Origin: Candidatus Limnocylindria bacterium
GTDB taxonomy: Bacteria; Chloroflexota; Limnocylindria; P2-11E
NCBI GenBank assembly: GCA_036394215.1
Contig: DASWFN010000086.1
Coordinates: forward strand, 1 to 62,054
Reading direction: 5' to 3'
Length of the DNA: 62,054 nucleotides
Of this stretch, positions 1 through 9,798 are shown in pieces. The position numbers and the translations under genes are program-made. Below the pieces are notes generated by a model, which saw only the letters and a program-made list of their open reading frames with translations, did not search any database and had not been told where the DNA came from. The stretch's first letter is position 1; each line of letters begins with the position of its first letter.

Positions 1-1502
1 AGCCCCTTCGCCCGCGCCGCCTCGAGGACCGCGCCCGCCAGCGGATGCTCCGACCGCAGCTCCGCGCTCGCGATCAGCCGAAGGGCCTCGTCCTCGCCGA
101 TGTCGGCGCAGCTCAGCAGATCGGTCACCGCCGGCCGGCCGATGGTCAGGGTGCCGGTCTTGTCGAAGGCGACCGTGTCGATGGCCCGCGCGGCCTCGAG
201 CGCCTCGGCGCTCTTGATGAGGATGCCGCGCGCGGCCCCCCGGCCGGTACCGACCAGGATCGCCGTCGGCGTCGCGAGCCCGAGCGCGCAGGGGCACGCG
301 ATGATGAGCACCGCCACGAACGCCGTGAACGCGTGCGTCAGCGCCGGCGCCGGACCGAACAGGATCCACGCCGCGAAGGCGGCGAACGCGATGGCGAACA
401 CGATCGGCACGAAGACCGAGGCGACCTGATCGACGAGGCGCTGGATCGGCGCCTTCGAGCCCTGCGCGTCTTCGACGAGCCGCACGATCTGCGCGAGCGT
501 CGTGTCGCCACCGACGCGGATCGTGCGCAGGCGCAGCGCGCCGGTCGTGTTCAGCGTCCCACCGGTGACCTCGTCGCCCGCGGACTTCTCCACGGGGATC
601 GACTCGCCGGTCAGCATCGATTCGTCGACCGCCGACGATCCCGCGACGACCAGCCCGTCGGCCGCGATCGTCTCGCCCGGACGCACGAGGACGATGTCCC
701 CCACCTTCAGCTGCTCGATCGCCACGTCCTCCTCGACGCCGCCGGGCCGGCGGACGCGCGCCATCTTCGCGCCGAGCGCGAGCAGCGCACGGATCGCGTC
801 GCCGGTGTGCGCGCGGGCCCGCGCCTCCATGAACCGACCGGCGAGCACGAGCGCGATGATCGCGCTCGAGGTCTCGTAATACAGGCTGGCATGCGGCTCG
901 AGGCCGTTCGCGTAGAACACGTTCGGCAGGAAGGTCGCGGCGACGGAGAGGCCATAGGCCGCGGTCGTGCCGACGGCGATGAGCGTGTTCATATTGGTCG
1001 TCCCGTGACGGGCCGCGTTCCACGCGGCGCGGTAGAACGGCGCGGCTGCCCAGAGCTGCACGGGCGTCGCGAGCGCGAACAGCACGTACGCGCGCCAGTC
1101 GGCGTGCTCGAGCTCCGGGATGACATGCGCGGCCATTGAGAGGACGACCGCCGCGGCGGCGAGCACGCCCGCGACGGCGAGCCGGCGCCTCAGCGAATCC
1201 ACGTAGCGCAGCCGCAGCGCGCGCTCGTCCTCGACCGCGGCCGCCCGGGCCGCGTCGCCTTCGGGGATCACGAGCGCGCCGTAGCCGGCGCGCGCGACCG
1301 CGTGCACGAGCGCGTCGAGCTCCGTCGTCGCCGGGTCGAGGCGGACGGTGGCCCGCTCGTTGGCGAGGTTGACGTCGGCACTCTCGACACCGCTGACGCC
1401 GCTCAGAGCGCTCTCCACCGAGCGCACGCAGGACGCGCACGTCATCCCGGTGATCGCGAGCTCGCGCTTCGCGGACGTCGCCGCGGGGACCGGCGCGGTC
1501 AC
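1..1502 (-). CDS. copA: Copper-translocating P1B-type ATPase, N-terminal ~500 aa (3' end beyond window start)
   Basis: Absent from the ORF track because it runs off the edge. My minus-strand translation gives [30 protein letters not shown] (GMTCxxC metal-binding domain), [11 protein letters not shown] (TGES), [13 protein letters not shown] (CPC) and [13 protein letters not shown] (DKTGT). GTG at 1502-1500 overlaps the csoR stop (GTGA). Confidence 0.9.
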   Translation of the reverse strand, partial: MTAPVPAATSAKRELAITGMTCASCVRSVESALSGVSGVESADVNLANERATVRLDPATTELDALVHAVARAGYGALVIPEGDAARAAAVEDERALRLRYVDSLRRRLAVAGVLAAAAVVLSMAAHVIPELEHADWRAYVLFALATPVQLWAAAPFYRAAWNAARHGTTNMNTLIAVGTTAAYGLSVAATFLPNVFYANGLEPHASLYYETSSAIIALVLAGRFMEARARAHTGDAIRALLALGAKMARVRRPGGVEEDVAIEQLKVGDIVLVRPGETIAADGLVVAGSSAVDESMLTGESIPVEKSAGDEVTGGTLNTTGALRLRTIRVGGDTTLAQIVRLVEDAQGSKAPIQRLVDQVASVFVPIVFAIAFAAFAAWILFGPAPALTHAFTAFVAVLIIACPCALGLATPTAILVGTGRGAARGILIKSAEALEAARAIDTVAFDKTGTLTIGRPAVTDLLSCADIGEDEALRLIASAELRSEHPLAGAVLEAARAKG

Positions 1503-1762
1503 TTGCGCGAGAGCTCGAACAGCTCGGTGAGCTCGCCGATCATCGCTTCGTTGCGCCCCTCGTTGAACCCCTTCGGGACGCAGGTCGCGAGATGGCCCTT
1601 CAGGAGCTCCGACTCGAAGCGCTGCAGGGCACGCTCGACGGCGAAGGTCTGCTTGAGCACGTCGACGCAGTAGGTGCCGTCGTCGACCATCCTGCGGATG
1701 CCCTTGATGTGACCTTCGATCGTCGCAAGGCGACCATCGAGGACGTTCTTGTCCGCCGGCAT
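1499..1762 (-). CDS. csoR: CsoR-family copper-sensing repressor (87 aa)
   Basis: Last 87 codons of track ORF 1499..2077: [38 protein letters not shown]...LKGHLATCV. This is the DUF156/CsoR pattern with Cys ... His-x3-Cys ligands. ATG at 1762; the upstream codons are Arg/Pro-rich read-through. Confidence 0.85.
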   Translation of the reverse strand: MPADKNVLDGRLATIEGHIKGIRRMVDDGTYCVDVLKQTFAVERALQRFESELLKGHLATCVPKGFNEGRNEAMIGELTELFELSRK

Positions 1763-1797
1763 GGCTGGTCCCTCCCGCACGTGGATCGCGCATCCCA

Positions 1798-1824
1798 GGA
1801 TACCCCTCCCCACGGGGGGTGGGC
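1798..1824. promoter_or_regulatory. Candidate CsoR operator (C-tract/G-tract pseudo-palindrome)
   Basis: GGATACCCCTCCCCACGGGGGGTGGGC lies about 40 bp upstream of the csoR ATG. The ACCCC...GGGGT and CCCC-AC-GGGG inverted arms resemble described CsoR boxes. Confidence 0.4.
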
Positions 1825-1830
1825 AGCGTT

Positions 1831-3069
1831 CTAGCGCCGGCGGGCGAAGCGGACCGGGTAGTGCGACCAGCGCGTGAACCGCTCGGTGCGGGTGTCGCGC
1901 TCGGGAGTCGCCTCGGGATCCGGCCCGATCCCGCGCTGGGCCACGGCCTGGAGCTCGAGCGCGACGAGCCCGAAGACGTGATCGTCGTCGACCGCGAAGC
2001 CGGCGGGCACCGGGAAGCCGCCGCCGACCGCGCGGCCGGGGCACTGATGCGGGCCGCCACCGAACGACAGGCCCCACCGCGCGATGTTCGGGTCGACCGC
2101 CCGGTCGGGGTCGAAGTCGTCCGGACGCTCGCCGAACAGCTTCGGGTCGCGGTTCGCGGCCGCGACGTCGAGCACGACCTGGGCGTCCTTCGGGATCCGG
2201 ACGCCGCCGATCTCGGTCTCGACCTCGGCGCGCCGCTTCATCTTCGGCGTCGTCGGCCGCAGCCGCAGCGTCTCCTGGACGACGCGCTGCGCGAACAGCC
2301 GGTCCGCGACGATCCGATCGACGACGGCGGTGCGGTCATCGCGCGCGAAGATGAGATCGAACGCGTTCACCAGCGTCTGCGCGCTGGTGTGCGTGCCGCC
2401 CTGCAGGTACGTCGCGACCTCGCGGACGATGCGGCCGTCATCGAGCTCGAGCGCCGCCTCGCCAAGGTGCAGGAGCAGCACGGTGAGGATGTCCTGGGGC
2501 AGCTCGCTCTCCGGCACGTCGCCCGCGCGCAGGCCATCGACGAGCGCCTGCCGCCGCGCACGTGACGGGCGGACGAAGTCCCGTTCGAACTCGGCGTACG
2601 TCTGCCGCACGAGCGCGCGCACCGCGTCCGGATCCCGGGAGTCGAGGATCGCGCTTCCCTGCGAGAAGAGGTCGACGTGGTGCACCAAGGCCCGCAGGTC
2701 GTCGAGCGACGCGTCGTGATCGATACCCGCGCGCCGGGCCGCGAGCACGACGCTCAGCAGCTCCCCGATCTCGAAGAGGTCGGCCCGTTCGCCGGCGATG
2801 AGCACGTCGAGCAGGTCGTTCATCACGCGCGGGAAGAGCTCCCGCTCGTAGAGGCGCAGCGTGTCGGCACGGAACTGGGTGTTCTCGATCCGCCGCCGGG
2901 CGCGGTGCATCGCGCCGTGGGAGATGCTGACGATCCCGTCACGGATGTTGCCCTCGTCGTACGAACGCTTGTCGAAGCTCCGGGAGAGGTTCGGGTCGAA
3001 CAGCGCGGCCCGGATGTCGTCGTAGCGATCGAAGACCACCGTCGCCGTGAACTCGGTCAGGATCGTCAT
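1831..3069 (-). CDS. Cytochrome P450 (412 aa)
   Basis: I-helix GGTHTS, ExxR (ETLRLRP) and heme-thiolate loop [11 protein letters not shown]. The ATG overlaps the ferredoxin stop (ATGA). Confidence 0.9.
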   Translation of the reverse strand: MTILTEFTATVVFDRYDDIRAALFDPNLSRSFDKRSYDEGNIRDGIVSISHGAMHRARRRIENTQFRADTLRLYERELFPRVMNDLLDVLIAGERADLFEIGELLSVVLAARRAGIDHDASLDDLRALVHHVDLFSQGSAILDSRDPDAVRALVRQTYAEFERDFVRPSRARRQALVDGLRAGDVPESELPQDILTVLLLHLGEAALELDDGRIVREVATYLQGGTHTSAQTLVNAFDLIFARDDRTAVVDRIVADRLFAQRVVQETLRLRPTTPKMKRRAEVETEIGGVRIPKDAQVVLDVAAANRDPKLFGERPDDFDPDRAVDPNIARWGLSFGGGPHQCPGRAVGGGFPVPAGFAVDDDHVFGLVALELQAVAQRGIGPDPEATPERDTRTERFTRWSHYPVRFARRR

Positions 3070-3305
3070 CGTCCCTCCGCGTCATCCACCACGTCGTCGC
3101 CGGCCGCGTCGGTGAGCTCGATCGCCTGTGTCGGGCAGCCACGGCGGGCCCGCAGGAGCAGCGCGAGATCGGCGGACGCCGCGCCGGCGAGGGCTACCGA
3201 GACGCCGGTCGGCTCATCGATCCGGAACGCGGCCGGCAACAGCCGCACGCAGTCGCCCGATCCGATGCAGAGCTCCGCATCGACGCTCACGTTGACCGCT
3301 ATCAC
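3066..3305 (-). CDS. Small single-cluster ferredoxin (79 aa), P450 redox partner type
   Basis: VIAVNVSVDAELCIGSGDCVRLLP...RGCPTQAI shows the CxxGxxC...CP cluster motif. GTG at 3305 overlaps the MFS stop (GTGA). The rest of track ORF 3066..3884 is shadow sequence. Confidence 0.75.
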   Translation of the reverse strand: MIAVNVSVDAELCIGSGDCVRLLPAAFRIDEPTGVSVALAGAASADLALLLRARRGCPTQAIELTDAAGDDVVDDAEGR

Positions 3306-4567
3306 GCCGAGCCCGCCGGGACCGGCTCCGGCGGCGACGCCACGGGCAGTCCCCGCCACGTCGCGCGCACCGCGAAGAGACCGATCGGCACGAGGGCGAG
3401 CGCGGCGAGGCATGCGGCGGGCACGCCGAATGTCGCCGCGATCGCGCCGGCGGCGAGGGCGGTGAACGGCCGGTTCCCGAGATGGGCCATCTGGTGGAAC
3501 GACATGAGCCGGCCGCGCATCGCGTCGGGGACCTCCGTCTGCAGCACGCCGGTCACGATCGGGAAGCACAGCGAGAAGCCGCAGCCGATCGCGGCGACGC
3601 CGGCCGCGGCGATCGGAAGCGTCGTCGCGATGCTGACGGCGATGAGGCCGGCGGCCTGCAGCGCCAGGCCGATGACCGGGATCTGCCGCGAGATGTCCCA
3701 GCGCCGCATCGGGATGTACGCGAGGAGCCCCAGCGCCGAGCCGGTGCTCTGCGCCGCGATCACCAGGCCGGCCTCGGTGCTCGGCGCGCCGAGCCGCTGG
3801 GCGACGAGCACCGGCGCGGTCGTGCGGACCACCTCGAGGATCGCGCTCGTCGAGATGACCGCGAGGAGCGCCGACACGACCCACGGCTGCGCGCGGACGT
3901 ACGCGCCGATGCCGGAGCGAACGGCCGCGCTCGCGCGCTGCATCTCGCGCGAGACGCCGCGCCCGAGGTCACGCCGGTACAGGTACGCCATCGCGAGGAT
4001 CGGGCCGACGAACGTCGCGGCGTTGATGCCGAAGGCCCAGGCGTAGCCGCCGGACGCGAGGATCGCGGTCGCGAGGACCGGCCCGCCGATCTGTCCGAGG
4101 ATGAATTGGAGCGTGTTCAGGCCCACGGCCTCGTTGAGCTGCGCGCGCGGGACGAGCGCCGGAAGGATCGCGATCATCGACGGCTTCGCGACGCTCCACG
4201 AGGTCTGCAGCGCGAACGCGGTCGCGATGACGAAGAGCTCGGTCGCCCCGCCGGACGCGACCGCGATCGCGAGCGCTGACGCGGCGAGGAGCGAGAGGGA
4301 CTGGCTCGCGACGACGATGGTCCGGCGGTCGAAGCGATCCGAGAGCACCCCGCCGGTGACGGAGAACAGCAGGAGCGGAAGGAACGTCGCGAAGTTCAGC
4401 AGGCCGACCGCGAAGGCCGAGCCGGTGCGGTCGTAGATGAAGACCGAGCCCGCGACGTTCTGCAGCCACGTCCCGATGTTCGAGAGCAGCCCGCCGGCCC
4501 AATAGACCGCGAACGCGCGATGGGCGAAGGGGCCCAGCGTGCGATCGCGCTTCGTCTGCCATCCCAC
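3302..4567 (-). CDS. MFS transporter (EntS/MFS_3-like), ~421 aa
   Basis: About 12 hydrophobic helices in track ORF 3302..4804. Start re-set to GTG 4567 (VGWQTKRDRTLGPFAHRAFAVYWAGG), in frame; upstream codons are Arg/Ser-rich. Start is uncertain. Confidence 0.8.
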   Translation of the reverse strand: MGWQTKRDRTLGPFAHRAFAVYWAGGLLSNIGTWLQNVAGSVFIYDRTGSAFAVGLLNFATFLPLLLFSVTGGVLSDRFDRRTIVVASQSLSLLAASALAIAVASGGATELFVIATAFALQTSWSVAKPSMIAILPALVPRAQLNEAVGLNTLQFILGQIGGPVLATAILASGGYAWAFGINAATFVGPILAMAYLYRRDLGRGVSREMQRASAAVRSGIGAYVRAQPWVVSALLAVISTSAILEVVRTTAPVLVAQRLGAPSTEAGLVIAAQSTGSALGLLAYIPMRRWDISRQIPVIGLALQAAGLIAVSIATTLPIAAAGVAAIGCGFSLCFPIVTGVLQTEVPDAMRGRLMSFHQMAHLGNRPFTALAAGAIAATFGVPAACLAALALVPIGLFAVRATWRGLPVASPPEPVPAGSA

Positions 4568-4574
4568 CGTTCTT

Positions 4575-4586
4575 GCATACAATCTA
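4575..4586. promoter_or_regulatory. AT-rich promoter/operator-like box GCATACAATCTA
   Basis: Lies in the divergent MFS/GntR region. It contains TACAAT (-10-like). The 8-mer ACAATCTA recurs at 37953-37960 in another divergent promoter region. Confidence 0.25.
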
Positions 4587-4661
4587 GGCGCGCCGGGCGC
4601 TCCCGTCCTTATTAATGGAGGGCGGGCGTCCGCCACGCGGATCCACGAGGAGGGACGGGAC

Positions 4662-5441
4662 GTGAGCGAGAAGATCCGGCCCATCGGGCAAGCGACCGCC
4701 GAGTCCCGCAAAGCGCAGCTCGATCGCATCATCGCGACGAACGTCGCGAAGGACCTCACCGCGCAGGACCTCGTCCTCGGCTCGCTGCGCGAGGCGATCC
4801 TCACCGCGGCGCTCCCGCCGGGGACGCGCCTCCGTCAGGAGAAGCTCGCCGAGCTGTTCGGCACGAGCCGCATCCCCGTCCGCGAAGCATTACGCGCGCT
4901 CGAGTACGAAGGCCTGGTCAGCTCGATGCCGCGGCGCGGCTTCACGGTGACGGAGCTGGACGCGGACGACATCGAAGAGGTCTACGACCTCCGCGTGCTG
5001 CTCGAGAGCCACGCGGTACGTCTCGCCGTTCCGCTCATCACCGACGAGGACCTCCAGATCCTCGAGGAGCTCTACACGACGATGGTCGCGGCGGCGACCG
5101 GCGACGAGCAGCTCGCGGCGCGCGAGGAGTTCTACATGCGGCTCTACACGATCACCGGCCGGCCGCGCCTCGTCGCACAGATCTCGCGGCTCCGACAGGA
5201 GATCGCACGGTCGCTGCGGTGGCCGACCCTGCAGCATGCCCCCGAGCATCACGAGCGCTTCCTCGAGGCGATCCGCGCGGGCGATGCCGAGGGCGCCGCC
5301 GCGCAGCTCGCGAGCCACTACCGACGCGTGGCGATCCTCATCCGGCGGTATCTGCGCGACGCCTCGGCGAGCGAGCGCGTCACGTCCGCCACGGCCGATG
5401 CGGTCACCGCCCGGCCCGCGGACCGGCGACTCGCGAAATGA
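4662..5441 (+). CDS. GntR-family regulator, FadR/FCD subfamily
   Basis: Winged-helix segment LRQEKLAELFGTSRIPVREALRALEYEGLV followed by a helical FCD-type C-domain. GTG 4662 is preceded by GAGGAGGGACGGGAC. Confidence 0.8.
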   Translation: MSEKIRPIGQATAESRKAQLDRIIATNVAKDLTAQDLVLGSLREAILTAALPPGTRLRQEKLAELFGTSRIPVREALRALEYEGLVSSMPRRGFTVTELDADDIEEVYDLRVLLESHAVRLAVPLITDEDLQILEELYTTMVAAATGDEQLAAREEFYMRLYTITGRPRLVAQISRLRQEIARSLRWPTLQHAPEHHERFLEAIRAGDAEGAAAQLASHYRRVAILIRRYLRDASASERVTSATADAVTARPADRRLAK

Positions 5442-5455
5442 AAGAGGGAACAGGA

Positions 5456-6217
5456 ATGCGGCTGAGCGGGAAGACCATCATCGTGAGCGGCGCGGCCCAC
5501 GGCATCGGCCGGGCCTACAGCGAGAAGCTCGCGTCGGAGGGCGCGAGCGTCGCCCTCCTGGACATCGACGCCGCGCGCAACGAGGAGGTCGCCGCGGAGA
5601 TCCGCGCGGCCGGCGGCAGGGCGCTCGCCATCGAGACCGACGTGCGCGACTTCGCCGCATTCAAGCGCGCCGCCGACCGCGCGGCGAAGGACTTCGGCGG
5701 GGTCAACGGGATCGTCAACAACGCCGGGATGCTCAACGTGATCCCGATCACGCGCTGCAGCTTCGAGGACATCCCGGACGCCGAATGGGACGAATCGTTC
5801 CGGCTCAACACGAAGGCCGCGTGGTACGGCTGCAAGGCCGCGCTGCCCCACCTCAAGGCGGCCGGCGGCGGCAGCATCGTGAACATCGCATCGAGCACCG
5901 TGTTCCGCGGCGTCCCGACGCGCGCCCACTACGTCGCCGCGAAGAGCGCGCTCATCGGCTTCGGCCGCACGCTCGCGAAGGAGCTCGGGCCGCACTGGAT
6001 CCGGGTGAACACGGTCTGCCCGGGAAGCACGCTCAGCGAGGAGGAGCCCGACGAGAAGATCATCGCCATGCGGACCGAGCCGGTGAAGGTGCGGTGCCTG
6101 CCGCGCGTCGAAAAGCCCGCGGACCTCGTCGGCACGATCGCGTTCCTGATGTCCGACGACAGCGCCTTCATGACCGGACAGACGCTCCTTGTCGACGGCG
6201 GGAGCGCCTTCAACTAG
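5456..6217 (+). CDS. Short-chain dehydrogenase/reductase (SDR)
   Basis: TIIVSGAAHGIGRAY (TGxxxGxG-like), NNAG and YVAAK (YxxxK). ATG 5456 follows GAGGGAACAGGA. Confidence 0.85.
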   Translation: MRLSGKTIIVSGAAHGIGRAYSEKLASEGASVALLDIDAARNEEVAAEIRAAGGRALAIETDVRDFAAFKRAADRAAKDFGGVNGIVNNAGMLNVIPITRCSFEDIPDAEWDESFRLNTKAAWYGCKAALPHLKAAGGGSIVNIASSTVFRGVPTRAHYVAAKSALIGFGRTLAKELGPHWIRVNTVCPGSTLSEEEPDEKIIAMRTEPVKVRCLPRVEKPADLVGTIAFLMSDDSAFMTGQTLLVDGGSAFN

Positions 6218-7045
6218 CTAACGAATCTCGGGGCGCCAGACCTCGAAGCGCTTCTCGATCCGCCGAACGAGCTCGCCCAGGACGATGCCGAAGCCGCCGA
6301 GCAGCACGATGCCCAGCATGACCCTGGAGGTATCCAGGAACGTGCCGAAGAAGTCGATGTAGTAGCCGAGCCCCTGGTTCGCGGCGAGCTCCTCGGCGAC
6401 CACCACGCCGACGAGCGCGCGCCCCGAGGCGATCCGGATGCCGGTGAGGAGAAACGGCACGGTGCTCGGCAGGATCACCGAGCGGAACTCGAGCCACGGC
6501 GACGCGCCGAAGCTCCGTGCGATGTCGTGGTGACGCTCTGCGGCCGCCTGGACGCCGGCCATCGTACTCACGATGATCGAGAAGAACGCCAGCAGGAACA
6601 CCAGCACGACCTTCGACTCGAGGCCGATCCCGAGCACGAGGATGATCAGCGGTGCGACGGCGGCCTTCGGCGTCGAGTAGACCCCGAAGAGCAGGACGCT
6701 CAGGAAAGCGTTCACCCGGCGGAAGGTGCCGATCGCGAGCCCGAGCGGCACACCGATGACGAGGGCCGCCCCGAATCCGTATAGGTATTCCGTCAGGCTC
6801 GTGCCGAGGTGCGGCCATATCGCCCCCGACCCGAAGTCCCTGGTCGCCGCGGTCCAGATGAGCGACGGCGAGCTGAGGAGCGACCGCCGGAACAGCCCGA
6901 GATCGGCGGCGACCTCCCAGATGATCGTGACCAACACGAATCCGATGACTCCGTAGAAGAGCCGCTCGTTCGTGGTCGCGATCCGCTTCAGCCGACGCAG
7001 GCTGACGGATCCCATGTCCCGGGAAGCGGCGGAGGCGACGGCCAC
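6218..7045 (-). CDS. ABC transporter permease (NitT/TauT family)
   Basis: 275-aa ORF with 6 predicted helices and an EAA-like loop ARSFGASPWLEFRSVILPSTVP. Directly follows the ATPase gene. Confidence 0.85.
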   Translation of the reverse strand: MAVASAASRDMGSVSLRRLKRIATTNERLFYGVIGFVLVTIIWEVAADLGLFRRSLLSSPSLIWTAATRDFGSGAIWPHLGTSLTEYLYGFGAALVIGVPLGLAIGTFRRVNAFLSVLLFGVYSTPKAAVAPLIILVLGIGLESKVVLVFLLAFFSIIVSTMAGVQAAAERHHDIARSFGASPWLEFRSVILPSTVPFLLTGIRIASGRALVGVVVAEELAANQGLGYYIDFFGTFLDTSRVMLGIVLLGGFGIVLGELVRRIEKRFEVWRPEIR

Positions 7046-7047
7046 GC

Positions 7048-7848
7048 CTAGATCACTTCCCGGTGCTGCGCGCCGACAGACGCGGCCTGCGTCGCGAGGA
7101 GCTTCCAGATCTGATCCGCATACGCCCCGAATTCGGCGCTGCGTTTGACGTCGAGGCCCCGCGGCCGCGGCAGATCGATGCGGATATCCGCGAGGATCCG
7201 TCCGGGCCGGGCCGACATGACCACCACGCGGTCGGAGAGGTAGACGGCCTCGTCGATCTGGTGGGTCACGAAGACGACGGTCTTCTTGGCCGCGTTCCAG
7301 ATGCGCAGCAGCTCGGCCTGCATCACCTCACGGGTCTGTGCGTCGAGGGACGCGAAAGGCTCGTCCATGAGCAGGATGTGCGAATCGACGGTGAGTGCGC
7401 GGGCGAGGTTCGCACGCTGTTGCATGCCGCCGGAGAGCTGGTAGGGGTACCGGTCGCCGAAGCCCTCGAGCCCGACAAGATCGATCAGCGGCTTCGCCCG
7501 GCGCCGCGCCTCATCCTTTTTGACGCCCGCGCAGACGAGCCCGTACGCGACGTTATCGAGCACCGAGTACCAGGGGAACAGCGCGGCGTCCTGGAACACC
7601 ATCGCATCCTCGCGGCCCTTGCCATCGCTCCGAAGCCTGATCTCGCCATCCGTCGCCTTGAGCAGGCCGTTGACGATCTTCAAGAACGTCGACTTCCCGC
7701 ATCCACTGGGGCCCAAGAGGCTGACGAACTCGCCATCGCCCACCTCGAGATCCATGCTCTCGATCGCGACGAGGCGCTGATCCGAGGCCCGATCCCGATA
7801 CTCCATGCGCACGCCGCGCGCGCTCAGAGCGGACACACCAGCCATCAT
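7048..7848 (-). CDS. ABC transporter ATP-binding protein (NitT/TauT family)
   Basis: Walker A GPSGCGKST, signature LSGGMQQR, Walker B LLMDEPF. Confidence 0.9.
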   Translation of the reverse strand: MMAGVSALSARGVRMEYRDRASDQRLVAIESMDLEVGDGEFVSLLGPSGCGKSTFLKIVNGLLKATDGEIRLRSDGKGREDAMVFQDAALFPWYSVLDNVAYGLVCAGVKKDEARRRAKPLIDLVGLEGFGDRYPYQLSGGMQQRANLARALTVDSHILLMDEPFASLDAQTREVMQAELLRIWNAAKKTVVFVTHQIDEAVYLSDRVVVMSARPGRILADIRIDLPRPRGLDVKRSAEFGAYADQIWKLLATQAASVGAQHREVI

Positions 7849-8765
7849 TAGTTCCCCTCTTCTATGACGTTCATGCTCGGACGCCAGCGCTGTAGGTAGC
7901 GCTCGACGCGGCCGGCCGCGGTCGTAGTGATCACGCCCATCAGCGTGAAGATCAGGATGCCGAACATCATCACGTCGCTTTGGAGCGTGTCCGCGGCCTT
8001 GCCGATGATGACTCCGAGGCCCTCGGTCTGGGCGTACAGCTCGGCGATGACCACGCCGATCAGCAGGCGGCCGAGCGCGAGCCGGACCCCAGTTGCGATG
8101 AACGGGACCGTGGCCGGGATGACCAGCGATGTGAACAGCCGCCGGCTCGAGGCCCGGAAGCTATACGCGACATCGAGCAGCTGGCGATCGACGGTGCGGA
8201 CACCCTCGACCGTCGGCACGATGATCGAGAAGAAGCCTCCGAGGAAGACGATGACCGTCTTCATCTCGATGCCCAGACCGACCCACAGGACGACGAGCGG
8301 GATGAATGCTGGACGTGGGATCGCGTTGAAGAAGTTCAGCCACGGATCGAAGGTGAACGACACGCGGCGGTACCAGCCGATGAGCAGACCGAGGGGGACC
8401 GCGAGGGCGATCGAAGCGACGAACCCGACGGTCACCTCAGTGACGCTGTACCTGACGTCGGACCAGAACCGCGCGAGCTGGACCTGGTCGACGGCCGCGG
8501 AGATGACCTCCGACGGACTGCTGAAGAAGAACGGGTCGATGAAGCCCGCTACAGAGCCGATCTGCCAGAACAGAAAGAACGAGAACAGGCCGGCGATCCC
8601 GAGCACGCTCCGCTCGTTACGCCGGTACCAGCGTCCGATGGGCGAGCGGCGGCGGCGGACACGCGGCCGGATGATCCGGTAGCCGAGCTCCGTCGTCGCA
8701 GGGTCGCCAAGACGTGAGACGTCGGTGGCCGCTATGTGATTCACCCCCGCGCGCACTGTAGACAA
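7848..8765 (-). CDS. ABC transporter permease (NitT/TauT family)
   Basis: Paralog of 6218..7045 (AYSFRASSRRLFTSLVIPATVP loop). Start is either TTG 8765 or GTG 8744. Confidence 0.85.
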   Translation of the reverse strand: MSTVRAGVNHIAATDVSRLGDPATTELGYRIIRPRVRRRRSPIGRWYRRNERSVLGIAGLFSFFLFWQIGSVAGFIDPFFFSSPSEVISAAVDQVQLARFWSDVRYSVTEVTVGFVASIALAVPLGLLIGWYRRVSFTFDPWLNFFNAIPRPAFIPLVVLWVGLGIEMKTVIVFLGGFFSIIVPTVEGVRTVDRQLLDVAYSFRASSRRLFTSLVIPATVPFIATGVRLALGRLLIGVVIAELYAQTEGLGVIIGKAADTLQSDVMMFGILIFTLMGVITTTAAGRVERYLQRWRPSMNVIEEGN

Positions 8766-8805
8766 TTAGCAGGCGTTTGTATCGCACCGGATCGATCGCC
8801 GGGAC

Positions 8806-9798
8806 CTATGGCCGGGCGGCGCTCTCGAGCTTGTCCTTGTCCACGACCTTCTCGTATCCGCGCCAGAGGCCCTCGTAGAAGAAGCGGACCCCGAACTCGA
8901 TCCGGAGCGTCCGCGTGCGCGCGTCGGAATCATTGAAGTGCTCGTGGACGGTCATCCGGGGTGGAACGTGGACCGCGTCGCCGTCCTCCCAGTCGACGCG
9001 CTCGCCGTCGATCATCGAATAGCCCTGTCCCTCGAGCACGTACAGCATCGCTTCGGTGTGCGCGTGCCGGTGGCTGCCGGAGCGCGGGGCCTCCTCGAAG
9101 ATGTTGGTCATCGCGGCGGCCTTCGCCCGGAAGCCATTCGTCTCGTCGCTGGGGCTCTCGCTCCCGCCCATGAGGATCCAGATGCCGGCGTGGCGGTGCG
9201 CACCCTTGCTCTCGCCCTTCGGATGGGCGTGGCCGGCCAGTCGCCGGGCCTTCTCGTCGATGGCGTCCTCGAGGTGCAGCGCGATGCGCCGGCCGTCGGC
9301 CGCGAATTGGGACGTCTCGGCGGGATGCGCGGCCGCGAGCTCGCCGCGGTCGGCGCCCTTCTCCGCGAGCTGCTCGAGCCGGCCCAGCTTCACGCCGAAG
9401 TCGAGGTCCTGGGTCAGCGCGGAGATGTACGTGGCCGGCCCGCTGCCGGTGTTCACGTGCTGGTGCGGGGCGCCGTACGGGACGTGGATCGTCGTGCCCG
9501 GCTTCCAGTCGTAGCGGGCGCCGTCGATCACGCTGAAACCGGTCCCGGCGAGCACGTGGATCGCCTCCTCGCCGTGCACGTGCCGGCCGGTGTGCCAGCC
9601 CGCGGGGATCTCGGCCTTCAGCAGCGCGGTGCCCTGCGTCGCGAAGCCCGTCGCCTCGCCGATGAGCATCGCCACCCGCGCGTCCTGCGGCGTTTCGATC
9701 CAGGTGAGGTCACGCCCGCGCGCGACGACGGGCGGCTTCCGCATCCGCTGGTCGAGCTTGGCGCTCCGTGCCAGCCAGTCCCCGTAGAAGTCGGCCAT
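8806..9798 (-). CDS. Bicupin metalloprotein (two cupin_2-like barrels)
   Basis: Cupin motifs HTGRHVHGEEAIHVLAGTG / HVPYGAPHQHVN and GSHRHAHTEAMLYVLEGQG / HVPPRMTVHEHFN. Confidence 0.75.
   Translation of the reverse strand: MADFYGDWLARSAKLDQRMRKPPVVARGRDLTWIETPQDARVAMLIGEATGFATQGTALLKAEIPAGWHTGRHVHGEEAIHVLAGTGFSVIDGARYDWKPGTTIHVPYGAPHQHVNTGSGPATYISALTQDLDFGVKLGRLEQLAEKGADRGELAAAHPAETSQFAADGRRIALHLEDAIDEKARRLAGHAHPKGESKGAHRHAGIWILMGGSESPSDETNGFRAKAAAMTNIFEEAPRSGSHRHAHTEAMLYVLEGQGYSMIDGERVDWEDGDAVHVPPRMTVHEHFNDSDARTRTLRIEFGVRFFYEGLWRGYEKVVDKDKLESAARP

Noticed and set aside
45-1139. 364-aa plus-strand ORF at the window start
   Set aside because: It is antisense to copA, whose minus-strand translation shows GMTCxxC, TGES, CPC and DKTGT.
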